Of a stretch of DNA of 64,000 bases, positions 1 through 13,398 are shown piece by piece. This DNA comes from the human T2T-CHM13v2.0 reference genome, Homo sapiens. The stretch lies in NCBI RefSeq assembly GCF_009914755.1, contig NC_060939.1. One strand, written 5' to 3'. The translations under genes were made by a program, and so were the position numbers. The notes under the pieces were generated by a model. It was not told the origin of the DNA, did no database searches, and saw only the letters and a list, made by a program, of their open reading frames with translations. How positions within the stretch are numbered: position 1 is the stretch's first letter; each line of letters begins with the position of its first letter.

Positions 1-3000
1 TTCCCATGCTCAGTTTACACTTGTGTTATGGGGAAAGGGGAGGGAAAGAAAACGCAGCATGAAAGCAGTGTGAGGCATGTTCAAATCCATTGCTCACAGC
101 AGGGAAAAACAATTGCTTCCTCCCCTGCTTCCAGTGACCTTGTGGTGAGGATCACAGTGCTGGAAAAAGAATCCAAAATTGGCTTCAGTGTGGCTTCCTT
201 CTGTTATTATTATGTTAGCAAATGCCTACTCCAAGGGACCCTCTGAGAAACCTAAAGGCCTTGTACTAGCCTGGTCCTCTTGGTCTAGAAAGTTTTCAAA
301 TAGACACCTGCTTGTTTTATGAGATGGACGGGCTCAGGAGAACAGTCAAGGACCTCCATGACAACCTAACCCCCAAGAATGATTGAATCATTAATTTCTA
401 AGGATATTACCACACTCTAAAATAATTCTCTGTGATTTTAAACCCCTGTGGATCGGGAGAACTCTTCAGTGAATACATATCCCTTCTTTGCAAAGAAAAA
501 AATTTGCATATTATTCTTGCCCAATCACTTGTTTATTACTTCTATCAACTTCAATCATGAAAGCTTTCAGCATAGGTGCTGAGGACAAAGATGAAAATAC
601 GTGACTTTAAATGTTTGTTTATAAAAATGTTTGAAGGGATTAATTTTTATCTGCCTATTCAAATAGGATTAAAGGGACTAACTTGAATAATAAAGGCGCA
701 TTATAAATACCTATGTTGTTTCTAATTAATAGGTTCAGATATGAATATAAGATATGTCAAATTATTACAGAATCACCTGTAATTATGTTATTTTTAAATA
801 ATGGAAAGGAAACTCATGAGTCATTATTAGCAAAGAGATGACTTTGGAATAAGGCAAGCTCATTCAGCTAATATAATGCTTTGCAAGACACATTTCCTAT
901 TTATATGTACAGTTAATAACATTTATTATGTAGTCTTAGTCCTAGAAGCCTGTGTTTGTTGCGAGAAATACTTTAAAGCAGAAGCTTAATTACATAGTGC
1001 TCAAGTTTCTCTGGCAACATCAAAGTGAGAAAGTCATTTGTGCTTTAATGCACATTTTGAAAGAGAAAAATAAGTTTTCAAGTTGAGAACCCCACAAGTT
1101 TGAGACAAGGAGAATGGAGGAGGAATAAAATGTTAGATTAGAATTTATTTTTCCAGTATATGACAACAAAAACAGTAAGAGGGAAAAACTGTTTTTCTTC
1201 TTCATCATCTTATTATTATTATTAATCATAATAAAAGACTATAACCTTTTGATATTTGCTCCAAGGTTTTGTTCTCTGAGAATTACTCAGGCGCATTAGA
1301 ATTGGAAATATTCCTTTTCATTTGAATATACCGAAAGGGTTCCTTCAGTTCTCTTTATCCAGATTTCTCTCTAAACACTACAATAGCCACATTTTAAAGA
1401 AAATTACTAAAGAAACTTAGTGTCCTATTGCAAGGAGCCTGCAGGTGACAATAGTTTTTGCAAAATGGTTTTAACCTAACTCAGAATTGTGACCCAAAAA
1501 TTCACAAATTCATATTATAAAATGTTTATCAATTTGTACATGCAGACAATAGGAAGTATAATCCTAGGGCTGTCCAATTTAATTTGGAGTTCATAGAACT
1601 GAATGGATACGTTTTTGCATTTTATAAGGCAGAGAAATTTTAGATACCATTAACTGTCCCTCATTTAATAAAATAATTGGAAAGATGCTGACAGCTCTTA
1701 AGTGACAGCTAATCTCCTGCCTCTGGTTCCATGGGTGTTCCACTTACCAGTATTTTATCAAACAAAGAAACTCAACTAAATTTTGAAAGGAGTAGTATTT
1801 ATCTTCAGTACTATTTGATAGAACTTACGAGAACTGTGTTCAAGGCCAGCATTAGACAAATCCAAGAACAAAATCAAAATTGGACTTTGGCGTCTGTTTC
1901 CTCCTCTTTTGTGTCTCTCTTCCCCCTTGTATTGTCCCTTGTCTCAATGAGAACCCCCTATCTCGAGCCACAGGATTCTCTTGCCTCACCCACACCCATC
2001 ATGTACACTATCATTGCAAAGTAAATTAATTTGCACAATACTGATTATATTCAATTCATTTTATCTTATTAAAGAGTATTCTCTTTTTAAACTTGGTATC
2101 TTGAAAGCACAATATTGTGCCTCAAAGGAATGAATTCTTCCTTTTGTCCTTCCATCTTTTCTCTCTTTCCTTTCTGTTTTCAACCAGGGAAGAAACCAAA
2201 TAAATTGAAATAGTCAATTAACTTCTGTTGCATATCAGAAATTTCTATTATAAAAACATCATGAGTGCAAAAAAGCCAGATAACTATTTGCTTCTTAAGT
2301 TTAATGTAGAATAATCGTCAACTACCAACAGCATCATCTGTTACTTTAATGCAATTACACTTGTGAGAATTTTCTACAAACCACCTATCAATACCCACCT
2401 GAAATCTCCAGGATGCTGAAATCACCAGTAACTTTTTGACTATGTCTAAAGTATCGTAATGCCATAAATAAAATGAGAACAACATTTCAACATTTTGCCT
2501 AATTCTTGCACCCTTTAGTGTGTGGTGATTTATCTATTTCCTCTAAAGTGATGACACCTCTGCCCTCCCAGGACATGGCTTTTAAAGTCATTGATTAAAA
2601 CAAAATACTAGATGAAATGAAACATGAATGTCACAGTCATCCTTGTCTGGATTCCTAGTACTGTTTTCATACATGATGCTACACTTGAAGACCCCAAATA
2701 TACCTCAGTTGTTGGAGCAGAAATCAAAAACTAGATCATCATTTAACTCTATGGCATTTGATTTTGAATTTCACATCTTGGGCTCTCATGGTTGCCTTAT
2801 TTAAAGCCCTTCTTTTTGCCATCACTTCTTTTGAACTCTGAGAAATACATCCATCATGGTATGAAATTGGATCTGTAGCTAAAGGAAGTGGGATAATAAT
2901 CAGAGGTATATATATAAACCAAAAGCCTCTGTATTTCCCCAAATCATCCTCTGTTGTAGGAATACTAAAGTAATGCTAATGCAAGAAAAGATATTCCAGT

Positions 3001-5119
3001 GTCATTTTAGATTTCAGACACTGCACATTTTTACCCATGATTATGTCAAAATATACACATAGGCATCATTTGAGAGAGAATTTATTATAAAAGAAAATAT
3101 TTTTAAAAAACCAAAGCTAGCCTGACCTTGCTTTATTTATTTTTTTTAAATTGTACTTGAACTGGGGTTGAATAAATTTGTCCAGCTTAACATGAAATTG
3201 TATTCATCTGAAAATAAAAAATAAAACTGGTAAACCTATTCATGTGGAGTGAAAAGAAGAGAACATAAAAGAAACATAAAACATCTCCCTTCTGGCATAA
3301 AAAATTCATTTTTTTAAATCAAAAGAAACCTACTTTTATATAAAAAAATAAAGAATTGAAAGTCTCAGAAGCAAGGACATTCACATTAAATGCCGGGGAT
3401 ATCTGCCTAGGGGAAGAAAAGGGGAAAGCATAAAAATGATGATATTTGTAGGTTTGAATTTTCTTATTTTTTTAGGTCTGAGGGTCAGACACATCCAGAC
3501 ATGAATGCAAGAGACAGGAATTAATGAATGTTTATCCTTTCAGGTTTTCATACTCTTGTGAAGTAAATAACTTCTCTTATACCTGGACTTGTATACCTAG
3601 AAAAAATAAAATGACTTTTTTGGGGAGATTCATCAAATCATTTATCCTAAACCAAGTAGAGTTCAATTGATTCAAATTTGGCTTCCTGGACCCCAAGGAT
3701 CAATAGGACTAAGGTAACACTTCTACTTAGCCTGTTCTTTGCCTTTGAAATGCAGTGTTCTATGAATTCAGCATTCCCAGTTTCCCTCAACCAAAACTAA
3801 AAGAGATAGGCAAAAATTGCTTCTCCTTTGCTATTTTCTGTTACTTTTTAAACCTATTGCTTGCCATCATTAACAGATGCTCTTTGGATCAGACTGCTAG
3901 AGGTGTGGCATAAATCTATGTGGGTTAGGGAAGCTCAGAAATAGCTAAATAATTAGCTACAAAAATGCACTAATTTTGAGAAGGGATTTCTAGTTATTTT
4001 ATTCATCATTTTTCCTTAGAGCATAGTTGGTGAAATATTATAGTAAAGACAAGACTCTTACAAACTCCAAACCTCATTTATTTCTAAATAGTCCTTTAAG
4101 GCATATATCTAACATTTAAAAGCTCAAAGTCTGTAAACTCAAAGTTCATTAGACACAATAGAGTTGAAACTAAAGGAAAATCCTCAGTCTAATTTTTCCC
4201 ACATGAGGACCCTTTTAAGCTCAGCTGAACTTATCCTTCCTTTACAGAAGAGGAAAAAAATCCAACACGTAAAAAGATCAGATTGCAGTTTTTCAAGTTT
4301 CAGCCTAGAAGGAATTTTTAGCCTTTAGTTATAAATTCCAGAAAATAGGAGTTTATAAGGGAAACAGTGACAGAATCTTAATTACGGCAAAGAAAAGAGC
4401 AATGCTACAATAAAAAGGAACTACTCCTGAGATGAAATGCTTCATGTTTGAGTGAGATGTGGCATAATAACTTAAAAGGAGAGTGGTGCGATGATTCAGG
4501 TCCTCACCTGTAGCAGGCTGTTGTGTACCCTTCATGAAACTGACTGTCACCTTCACCTTCTTCCTTACAGACTAAACCTCACTTCACTCTGGACAAAGTC
4601 GGGAAAAATGTCATAAAGAACCAATTGTGGCAAGTTGCTTTTTGACAAAAGCTGTTTTCCAAAACATGTATCAGAGAATCAGTGACAGTGGGAAGGACAA
4701 GAAGGGCCCTCTGGTCCAAACTCCCTGTCTACAGCAGATAAAAGCTAAATCATCTGACAGAGCGGGAGGTGGGCCAACGTTCACGTTTTCAAGTGAAGGA
4801 AAGTTCACATGCTCCCTTAAAAACTCTGTGCTGGCTCTAAAGTCAAGAAGTTTGTTATGAGAAGCTCAATTCTTAGTTGCCCCAGTTTTACCCACTTAGC
4901 CTCATGCTATTCTCTGTCATCATGAAGTGCCTTCTGTAAATATACCTCGACCACTTGGAAAAATTTTTGAAACCCATCCTTAGCTCTCTCTATTTGTCAA
5001 ATAACTTCAAATTCCTTAATATTTATTGGTACAGACAAAGGTCAATGTCCTAATTTTTTGTATTAGTTTAGCTTTGTTTTCCCCTGGAATCTTCTTGGCA
5101 TGTCCATATTTCTCTTCCC

Positions 5120-5210
5120 ATTACAATTCATCACTGTAACCCAAACATCTGATACCATGTCTAGCTCACAGTAGGCATCCAGTAATCATTTCTGAGAGAA
5201 AGAATAAATG
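5120..5210 (+). mobile_element. L2 LINE 3' end fragment
   Basis: tcactgtaacccaaacatct...ctcacagtaggcatccagtaatcatttctga resembles the L2 3' terminus (cacatagtaggtgctcaataaatatttgttga). Confidence 0.5.
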
Positions 5211-6359
5211 TAAGGGACTACACAGTAGACACTTAAGTACACGTTAAACAACAAACCAATTTAAAAAAAAAAGTATTTTCGTATTCCCAATAGTCATTTC
5301 CCAAGCTTCGGTTTTCTTGATTTAAATCGTATCTAAAATACAATGAATTCACTGTCTTTGTTGGTTTCGAAGTTACACTAATAATATGCAAAACATGGCA
5401 TCTGTCTGGCAGCAGTATTATAACCCAGAGAAACCACATTTTATACCCAACAAACCAATGTTTTTAGAAAGCATATAAATTAGCAATGGTCATTGTTTGA
5501 CCCATAGGAAAGCAAAGCGAACAGATGCAAAACAGTGCATTCGTTGGTAGGGATGGTATCTATGGTATCCCATTCTCACATAAATCAAAGTTCTAAAATT
5601 CTGAATATTTGCAGCAGGACTCCAAAGGCATGACTGAAATAGTTCTGGCTGCTCAGCTCCGGACACATACTGATCCCAAAATCTTACTAAAGAAATCTTG
5701 GAAGGACAAAGCCATAACCCACCATGTTTCAAATTCATACCTAGAAAATGAAATGATAAGAGAAAGCAGGAAATAGAGAAGCATCCAGGACACCATAGAA
5801 ATGAAGACTTGCCCCTGATGGTTATTTCCCCCAAATAAAAGGAGACAACTCCTACACTTGTGATGTCTTGCAAAGGAAAGCTTCCGTCTGAGCCCACGGA
5901 GAGCTTTCTAACTAATCACCAAAACTGAGCAACTCTCAAGAGTTTCTCCAGAAAAAAAATCTACTAGTGCTCTCCCAAGGGACAGATGTCATCAGGCTAG
6001 CATTTGGGGAAACAAAAAGATATAAAGGTCACCTACAGTGTATCACCTATGGGTGCAACTCAGAAATGAAAGACACTGAATTCCCTTCCTATCTGAATCT
6101 GAGACAGTGAATAATTCTGGAAAGGAAAACACCACAAGGGTAATCTTGAGTTAGTTGACTACATGACTGCACACATCAACATGGCATTTTGCCTGATTCT
6201 ACAGTTAGGAGCATTTGTTTTTATGTTCATGTCTCTCATATAGGATTTTACTTGGATATACTTTTATGTGATAGCTTTCAAATTTCCATTTGCATACTTT
6301 TTTGGAAACAGTGAAAGAAAGGGTAGTTTATTTCCAATTCTAGCCAAGCACTGACGCTT

Positions 6360-6463
6360 GGAAGAAAAGAGAGAAGAAGGGAAGGAAAAAGAAAGGAAGG
6401 AAGGGAGGGATAGAGAAAAGAAGGGAAGAAGGAAGGAAGAAAGGGAGGGAGGGAGGGAGGAAG
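6360..6463 (+). repeat. GA-rich polypurine low-complexity tract, (GGAA)/(GGGA)n
   Basis: About 100 nt of almost pure A/G (one T); ends in gggagggagggaggg. Confidence 0.95.
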
Positions 6464-6709
6464 CTTTTAATTTTTAACAAAATGTCATAGACAAACTATA
6501 AGTAGTCTTCCACTTGTTTCTTTTATAGGGTAAAATGATTCTGACTGGAACAAGTTAACAGATGTTTGACATGTTCAAATGAAGACAGATGAAAAAAATT
6601 CAGACTTTCCATAATTGTTGTAAGCTAAAAGCCAGGATAAAATATGCCCAACTATTACTAAGGTAATCAACTTTCCAAGTTAGGTATAAAGATAGCGACA
6701 GACATGGAA

Positions 6710-6744
6710 ACACACACACATATACATATATATGTATATACATA
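6710..6744. repeat. compound (CA)/(TA) microsatellite
   Basis: acacacacacatatacatatatatgtatatacata. Confidence 0.85.
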
Positions 6745-7759
6745 GAAATATCCATCTGTGTTTATGTATGAAACGTTTTCAGCAGGTGTACATTAAACAA
6801 GGCTTGCACCCAAAATACTGGATTCATGTCTGGTTAAAAAAAATTCAAATTTTGTGGGTTTTTTTAATATGCTTTGTACATTAAACTTACGATTTCCTGT
6901 AATAGACTTATTGTGCTATATAACACTGTATTTCAAAGTACAGCATGAAATCTTTCCATTTTGACCCAAAAGATATCAGCATTATATGGCCATTGATAAG
7001 AATAGAGACTTTGTGAAAGAGAACCTCAATGATTATTCTCTCTTTTTTTTTTAACAAGAATATTAATGACCATTTGGAGATAACAGCTATGGTCACAAAT
7101 AATACTATGCTAGAGCAGCTATGTGGCTTAACTGAAAGCATACATAGTACTAAAAGCCTTGCTTTAAATAAAAGTAAAGCATTGACCATATTATCTGACT
7201 TGATTAGAGCAATGATAGAATCCTCAGGATGAAACATGAAATCTGAGTGGGGTGTTGATAACATCATGTCCAAAAGCTTGAACCTGGATGAGATTCTGTA
7301 GACCAGCCACCTGCCATTCATGCTTCCCAACACCACTGTTCAAACTTGCTCAAAAGACTCTCATAGGCTTTAATCCTCAAAATCTTGAAAAGTAATCAGT
7401 GTGCCACAGGCATTAAAGCTATAAACTTCTTTTAACCTTTCCATTAAATACCAGGAACCTTAGTTTGATTCTGGCAGGTGACCTGGGTGAAGATTTTCAT
7501 GTTCATTTGATGCACACACATTTTTGCATTCCACTGCTCGTGCTTGTTCACTGTTGGTAAATGCCAAACGCATCTGGGGAGAAGAGTTTTGAAAACAATT
7601 AGACAGCCTGAAAAGTCCCAACAATAAAACAGAACTCTTTACATTGCAAAGCCAAACAAATGACTCGGGCAAGTATAATTGAATAAATCCTGGGCTTCAG
7701 TGCAGATGGCTGTTTTTACTGTCTGTCTATGTCAGGATCTGCTGAAGGTTCTTTAGTTC

Positions 7760-7799
7760 GTGTGTGTGTGCACGTGTGTGTGTGTGTGTGTGTGTGTGT
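7760..7799. repeat. (TG)n microsatellite with internal CAC interruption
   Basis: gtgtgtgtgtgcacgtgtgtg...tgtgt. Confidence 0.95.
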
Positions 7800-9548
7800 A
7801 GAAGGCTTTTTTATATGAGATTTGGCATATTGCATGTGGCAGGCTGTTGAAAAATGAATAAAGACAGGGGAAAAAAGGCAATGCACATCCCATTGGTAAT
7901 GAAGGAAAGCAGGTTGCTGACTGCCCATGTGCCAGTTCTCCAGGTTTGCCCAGGGGCTCCCAAGATCATTTCTTTGCCCCCAGATTTTCATGTTGAATTA
8001 CCGCTCACAGTTTCTAAATGAACATGCTTCTTATTTTATTTAAGACACAGTGGGCACTTGTATTTGACTTCCTGCTAGGCAATACAATATTTAGCATTTG
8101 CTGCATACACAAATGGCAAAAGATAAAAAATGGCCTTATAAGCATAATTTCAAATTTGTTTCGTTTTTTTTCAAAGAGATATCTTTGCTCCAAGCTTTCA
8201 AGAGGCAGACATCAAGTGAAAAGCATTTGTTTTGTGCAGGTTTTGCCTGAGAAACTCTGACCAGAGAAGTCTATGAGGATTCATCAGGAGCTTTAGGCTA
8301 TGGCCTCATGGCTTTGGCCTGAGGCAAAGCTGGGGGCTAAGGCCTTTTCATGTGGGGGGTAAAGAGTAAAGAAGGAACACATCATGTCTCGACTCTTACT
8401 GCTGTTCTAACTGGTACCCAGAAGCCTCTCCTTCTAAAATGCAGCTCGCTGTTACCATGCTGCTGTTAAAATAGAAAGGAGCAGCATCATAACTTATTTG
8501 TGACCTACTTAGAAAAAATTCAAATTAGTCTACGATGGTCAAAAGGAATACACATTGAAAAGAACAAAAATGCTTTCCCTCAAAACGATAGCTAAAAGGA
8601 GAGTAGAGAGTGAGATAAAGAAAAACGTTTTACTCTGAATACGTGAATGTCACACTTGGCATTGACCACCCATCTTTTTATGTGATTGTCTTTTTTCCTA
8701 CCATTCATTTTAAATGTTTGGTCGAGAGGCAAGGCTTTGTATAATATAGTAATCATTTTTTTGAATAAAAGATTGTCATATCTAGATAATAAAATCCTAT
8801 CTTTTTTTTTATATTTCTTTTGTTCCAACAAGAACTGCAAAAATAATCTGCAAGCCTGCTTATTTGTTAAGTGCTTCTTAACTCATCTCTGACCCAAAGG
8901 ATGCTCTTGTCAAAATCCAGGCCTATCAATAATTAATGATGTTTTTAACTTTTGATCTCCAGCCACAACTTTTTTTATTTTATTTTTTTTAGGGCCCAAT
9001 TATGATTCTAACCACCTGCAAAACAGAGGGAGGGGACGCCTGACAAGTTTTCAGAGAAGGCTGTGACCTGTGAAAGCAGTAACAGCGTTCCCGGAATGTT
9101 TTTGTCTTTTTGTGTTTTTGCCCCTTTCTGACTGTCTTTGCCTCCATCCCCCAAGAGAAGAGTGGCTTTAATAACAACGGGGTGAGAGAATGAAAGCATT
9201 TAACACAATAACCACTCTAATATGATATTTTCAAGAAACTATGTGCTTCATTTTAAAGCCCACTCTTTGGGGAGGGAAAGATAAATTCCTAGAAAGCAAT
9301 TGCTGAGAAATAGCCCATTGCCACTGTAAATGTACTCAGCCAAAGATAGTGGTGAGGGTGGGTTAGGAAGCTCTCTCTCAGCAACCCTGAATCTGAATCT
9401 TAAGACATATGGTATCCCATACAACTTTATTACTTAAAATGTTTTTTTCTAGTAAGAAAACTTCAGGTGTTCTGTGCGATTATCTTAAGTGCTTCTAGAT
9501 TTGTGGTAAATTAAGTATATAAACTTTAAACAGTGCAGTTGTCTAAAG

Positions 9549-9896
9549 CAGCAGTAATCAGCCTTTTTGGTACCAGGGACAGGTTTCGTGGAAGACAACT
9601 TTTCCATGGACTGAGTGGAGAGGGGTGCGGGGATTGTTCCCAGATGAAACTGTTCCTTGTTCCACCTCAGATCATGAGGAATCAGTTAGGATTCTCATAA
9701 GGAGCGCTCAACGTAGATCCCTCACATGCGCAGTTCACAATAGGGTTCGTGCTCCTATGAGAAACTAATGCCGCCGCTGATCTGACAGGAGGCAGAGCCC
9801 AGGTGGGTGATGTGCATTCACCTCCTGCTGTGTGGCCCAGCTTCTAACAGGCCATGAACCTGTGCTGGTCAGCGGCCCGAGTGTTGGGTACCCCTG
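9549..9896 (-). mobile_element. MER1B hAT-Charlie non-autonomous DNA transposon
   Basis: Reverse complement matches MER1B (CAGGGG...GGATCTACGTTG...CCTGGTACCAAAAAGG...CTG); flanked by imperfect 8-bp TSD gtctaaag/ctctacag resembling the Charlie NTCTAGAN target. Confidence 0.88.
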
Positions 9897-10369
9897 CTCT
9901 ACAGCAATCACCTCCAGCAGGCAGGGAGATAATACAATAAAAAAGGGTGAAGGTAGAGGCACAATAGTGACCTGTTAACTATAGATTCAAACCTGAAGAG
10001 GCCACTGCTTTAAATGCTGCTAATATGGAACAATTAATATGTTTAATCTTAGGATTTTAGGTCTATAGCTCTAAATACTACAGGCAAGTTAGGCTAATTT
10101 TTAGTCTGCACACATATTCAGCTCAAATGCAATGAGGCCACTTTACCATTAGCAATTCCCCATGTTAAAAACAGTACTCTGGGCATGCCAATCATGGAAT
10201 GGGGGAGTCATTTACATGTATCACTAAAGTAATTATTAACCACTCTTATGAGAGGTTATTTTTACTTACAATTCAAACATTGGTATACAGTTATGAAGTA
10301 GGATAGGAAGTAGGGTTGGAACTGAAGAGAAGACTGCATTTAGGATCCTCCAATCATCTGTAATTTTTC

Positions 10370-10625
10370 CAAAAATTTACTTGTAAAAATTGCCAAAAAT
10401 ACAGAAAAGTTGAAAGAACTATATAGTGTTCACCCAATTCATTGCCAAGATTCTACAATTAACATTTTGCTGTTTTTGATGTATTACATATCTACCCATT
10501 CATCTATCCTTCTATTTATGTATCAATCTCCCATATGTATTGATGTAATTTAGTTAGTTGCGGACATTAGTATATATCACCCCTAAACACTTCAGCATGC
10601 ATATCATTAGCAGAGTTTAGTATAA
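10370..10625 (-). mobile_element. old L1M (L1MC/ME-type) 3' end fragment
   Basis: acagaaaagttgaaagaac...aattaacattttgc...cccctaaacacttcagcatgcat is typical antisense L1MC4/5-type 3' UTR. Confidence 0.6.
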
Positions 10626-11649
10626 GTTTAAGTTTCTTCTTTATTTCTAGGTAAAATTTATCTACTGTAAATAGCACAAATTTTAAATGTGTAATTCTGT
10701 TTTGAAAATTTATATATCTGGATAATCCAAACTGCTGTCAAGATATAGAAAATTAATATCACTCTAGAAATTTCTCTCATGTTCCTTCCCAATCTCCACT
10801 GCCAGCACCTCCAGAGGCAACAACTATGCTGATTGTTTTCATCATACATTTGTTTTGCCCATTCTAAAAGTGCACATAGATGAATTACTCAATAGGTACT
10901 CTGTGTAGAAAACTTCCTTTACTCAGCACAATGTTTTCAAGAATTTACCCATGTTGGCACTTACATCAGTTGTCTGTTCCTTACATTGTTGATTAGCATC
11001 CCAATTGTTTGAATATGCCACCATTTTGTTTCTGTCCTCTTGATGAATACTGGACTGTTTCCATTTTTTTACTATTATGAATAAAGCTTTAATGAACTTT
11101 GTTATAAAAACTCATTGATGTATACTTTAACATTTCTTAGATTGATTACCAGTAGTGGAGTTTCTGGGTCATAGGGTAAATGTATGTATAGTTTTATAAT
11201 AAGTTGCTAGAAGTTTTCCCAAAGTGCTGTACCATTTTAAACTCCCACCAACAAGTATATGATGGGATCTCTAACCATTCCTTTATTAAGATTTTCAACC
11301 ATTCCTGTGGGGGGAATATAATGAGATCTCATGGTGATTTTTATGTGTACTTTCCTGATGTCTAATGCTACTGAGCTCTTTTTCATGTGCTTATTGTTCC
11401 TTTGAGGAGGGTCTATTCTAATCTTGTGCCTGTTTTTAACCAGGTTGTTTGCATTTTTATTATTGAGTTGTAGGAGTTCTGTATATATTCTGAACAGAAA
11501 TTGTTCATCAGAAATATGTTTTGCAAATATTTTTCCCCAGTCTTTGACTTGCCTATTTGTTTTCTCAATGATTACTTTTGATGAGTAGAAGATTTTAATT
11601 TTGATGAAGTCTAAATATGTTGTTTATTACCATTGCTTTTTGTGCCTGA

Positions 11650-12074
<425 letters not shown>

Positions 12075-12284
12075 TAGGTCAGTGATCCAAATGATTAATT
12101 ATTGTGTGTGATGAGAGATAAGGACAGAAGTTAGTCTCTCTATCTCTCTCCAAAACCATTTGTTGAAAAGGCAATCATTTCTCCACATACTGTCTTAGCC
12201 CCTTTGTGAAAATCTGTTGACCAGCTGACCATATATATGTGAGTTTTTTCCTGGACTTCATATTTTGTTTCACTGATATGAATG

Positions 12285-12285
<1 letters not shown>

Positions 12286-12335
<50 letters not shown>

Positions 12336-12421
12336 GTATATATATATATACAGAGAGAAAGAGAGAGATGTGGAAAATATATATATATAAAACAAATGTA
12401 TATATATATCCTTATATATAT
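12286..12421. repeat. (TA)n microsatellite with (GA)n and degenerate TA extension
   Basis: About 65 nt of near-perfect TA repeat at 12286-12350, then gagagaaagagagag and further TA runs. Confidence 0.93.
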
Positions 12422-13398
12422 CCTTCAACACCACACTGTCTTGATTACTATAACTTTATAGGTATTCTTGAAATTAGATAGGATAAATCTTCCAACTTGC
12501 TCTTTTTAAAAATGGCTTTGCTTATTATAAGGTTTTTAGTTGAATTCTCATACATTTTAGAATTAGCTTGCCAATTTCCACAGGAATTTTGATTGAAATT
12601 GTTTTGAAACTTTAGGTCAATTTGGAAATAATTGATAACAATAGTAAGTCTTCCAATCCATGAATATATTATTTCTTTACATTTCTTTAGGCCTTTTATT
12701 TATCTTAGCAATGATGTATAACTTTCAATAAAGAGGATTTGCACATTTTGCTAAATTATTTCTAAGTATTTTATGTTTTGTCTACACTATCTTAATAGAA
12801 ACTTTTAAAAAATTTCACCTTCTGATTGCTACTGGTATATGAAAATACTAATGATAATTGTATGTTGACATTGTATCCTATAATCTTGCTACATTTACTT
12901 TTAGTTCTAATACTTGTTTTGTACATACCTCGAATTTTTCTTAAGTAAATAGTAAGGGCATCTGTAAATGCATATATTTTTTACCTTTTTTCAAATAATT
13001 ATGTCCTTTATTTTATTTTCTTGCCATGTCACACTGGTGAGAACTTCATGCAGTTTTCAATGGGAAGGTTGAGGGTGAAAATATTTATTTTGTTTCTAAA
13101 CTTAGGTGCAAGCTATTTGGTTTAATGGTCTATAAATATCAAGTAGGTCAAGGAAGTGGCTAGTGTTTATATTATCTATGACCTTGCTGATTTTTTACCA
13201 ATTGTTCTATCAATTGTTGAGAGAGGAGCATTAAAATCTTCAACAATTATTGTGGAATTATCTGTATCTTCCTTTAATTCTGTAAACTTTTGCTCATTGT
13301 ACTTTGAAACTCTTATTAGACACATACACACTTATAACTATTATATATTTCTATGAATTAACTTTTTATCACTATGAAATATTTGTTCTTATTGCTGG

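Noticed and set aside
3583-3596. 14-nt minus-strand microexon (tag|GTATACAAGTCCAG|gtataa)
   Set aside because: Weak donor and frame-shifting length; only the acceptor is kept as a possible terminal-exon start
5490-5897. 135-aa minus-strand ORF
   Set aside because: No recognisable homology; non-ATG start; it runs through an intron-like polypyrimidine tract. Only the splice acceptor is retained as a candidate.
6548-6577. p53-like half sites (gaacaagtta...gacatgttc)
   Set aside because: Mismatched half sites with an unfavourable spacer; not a credible response element
6908-7336. 142-aa hydrophobic ORF, the longest in unique DNA
   Set aside because: GTG start, composition typical of AT-rich non-coding DNA (includes a poly-K from an A run), no domain motif and no supporting splice structure
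8457-8487. ATGCTGCT/AGCAGCAT inverted repeat as a miRNA or structured RNA
   Set aside because: An 8-bp stem with a 15-nt loop is far too short for a pre-miRNA and is expected by chance
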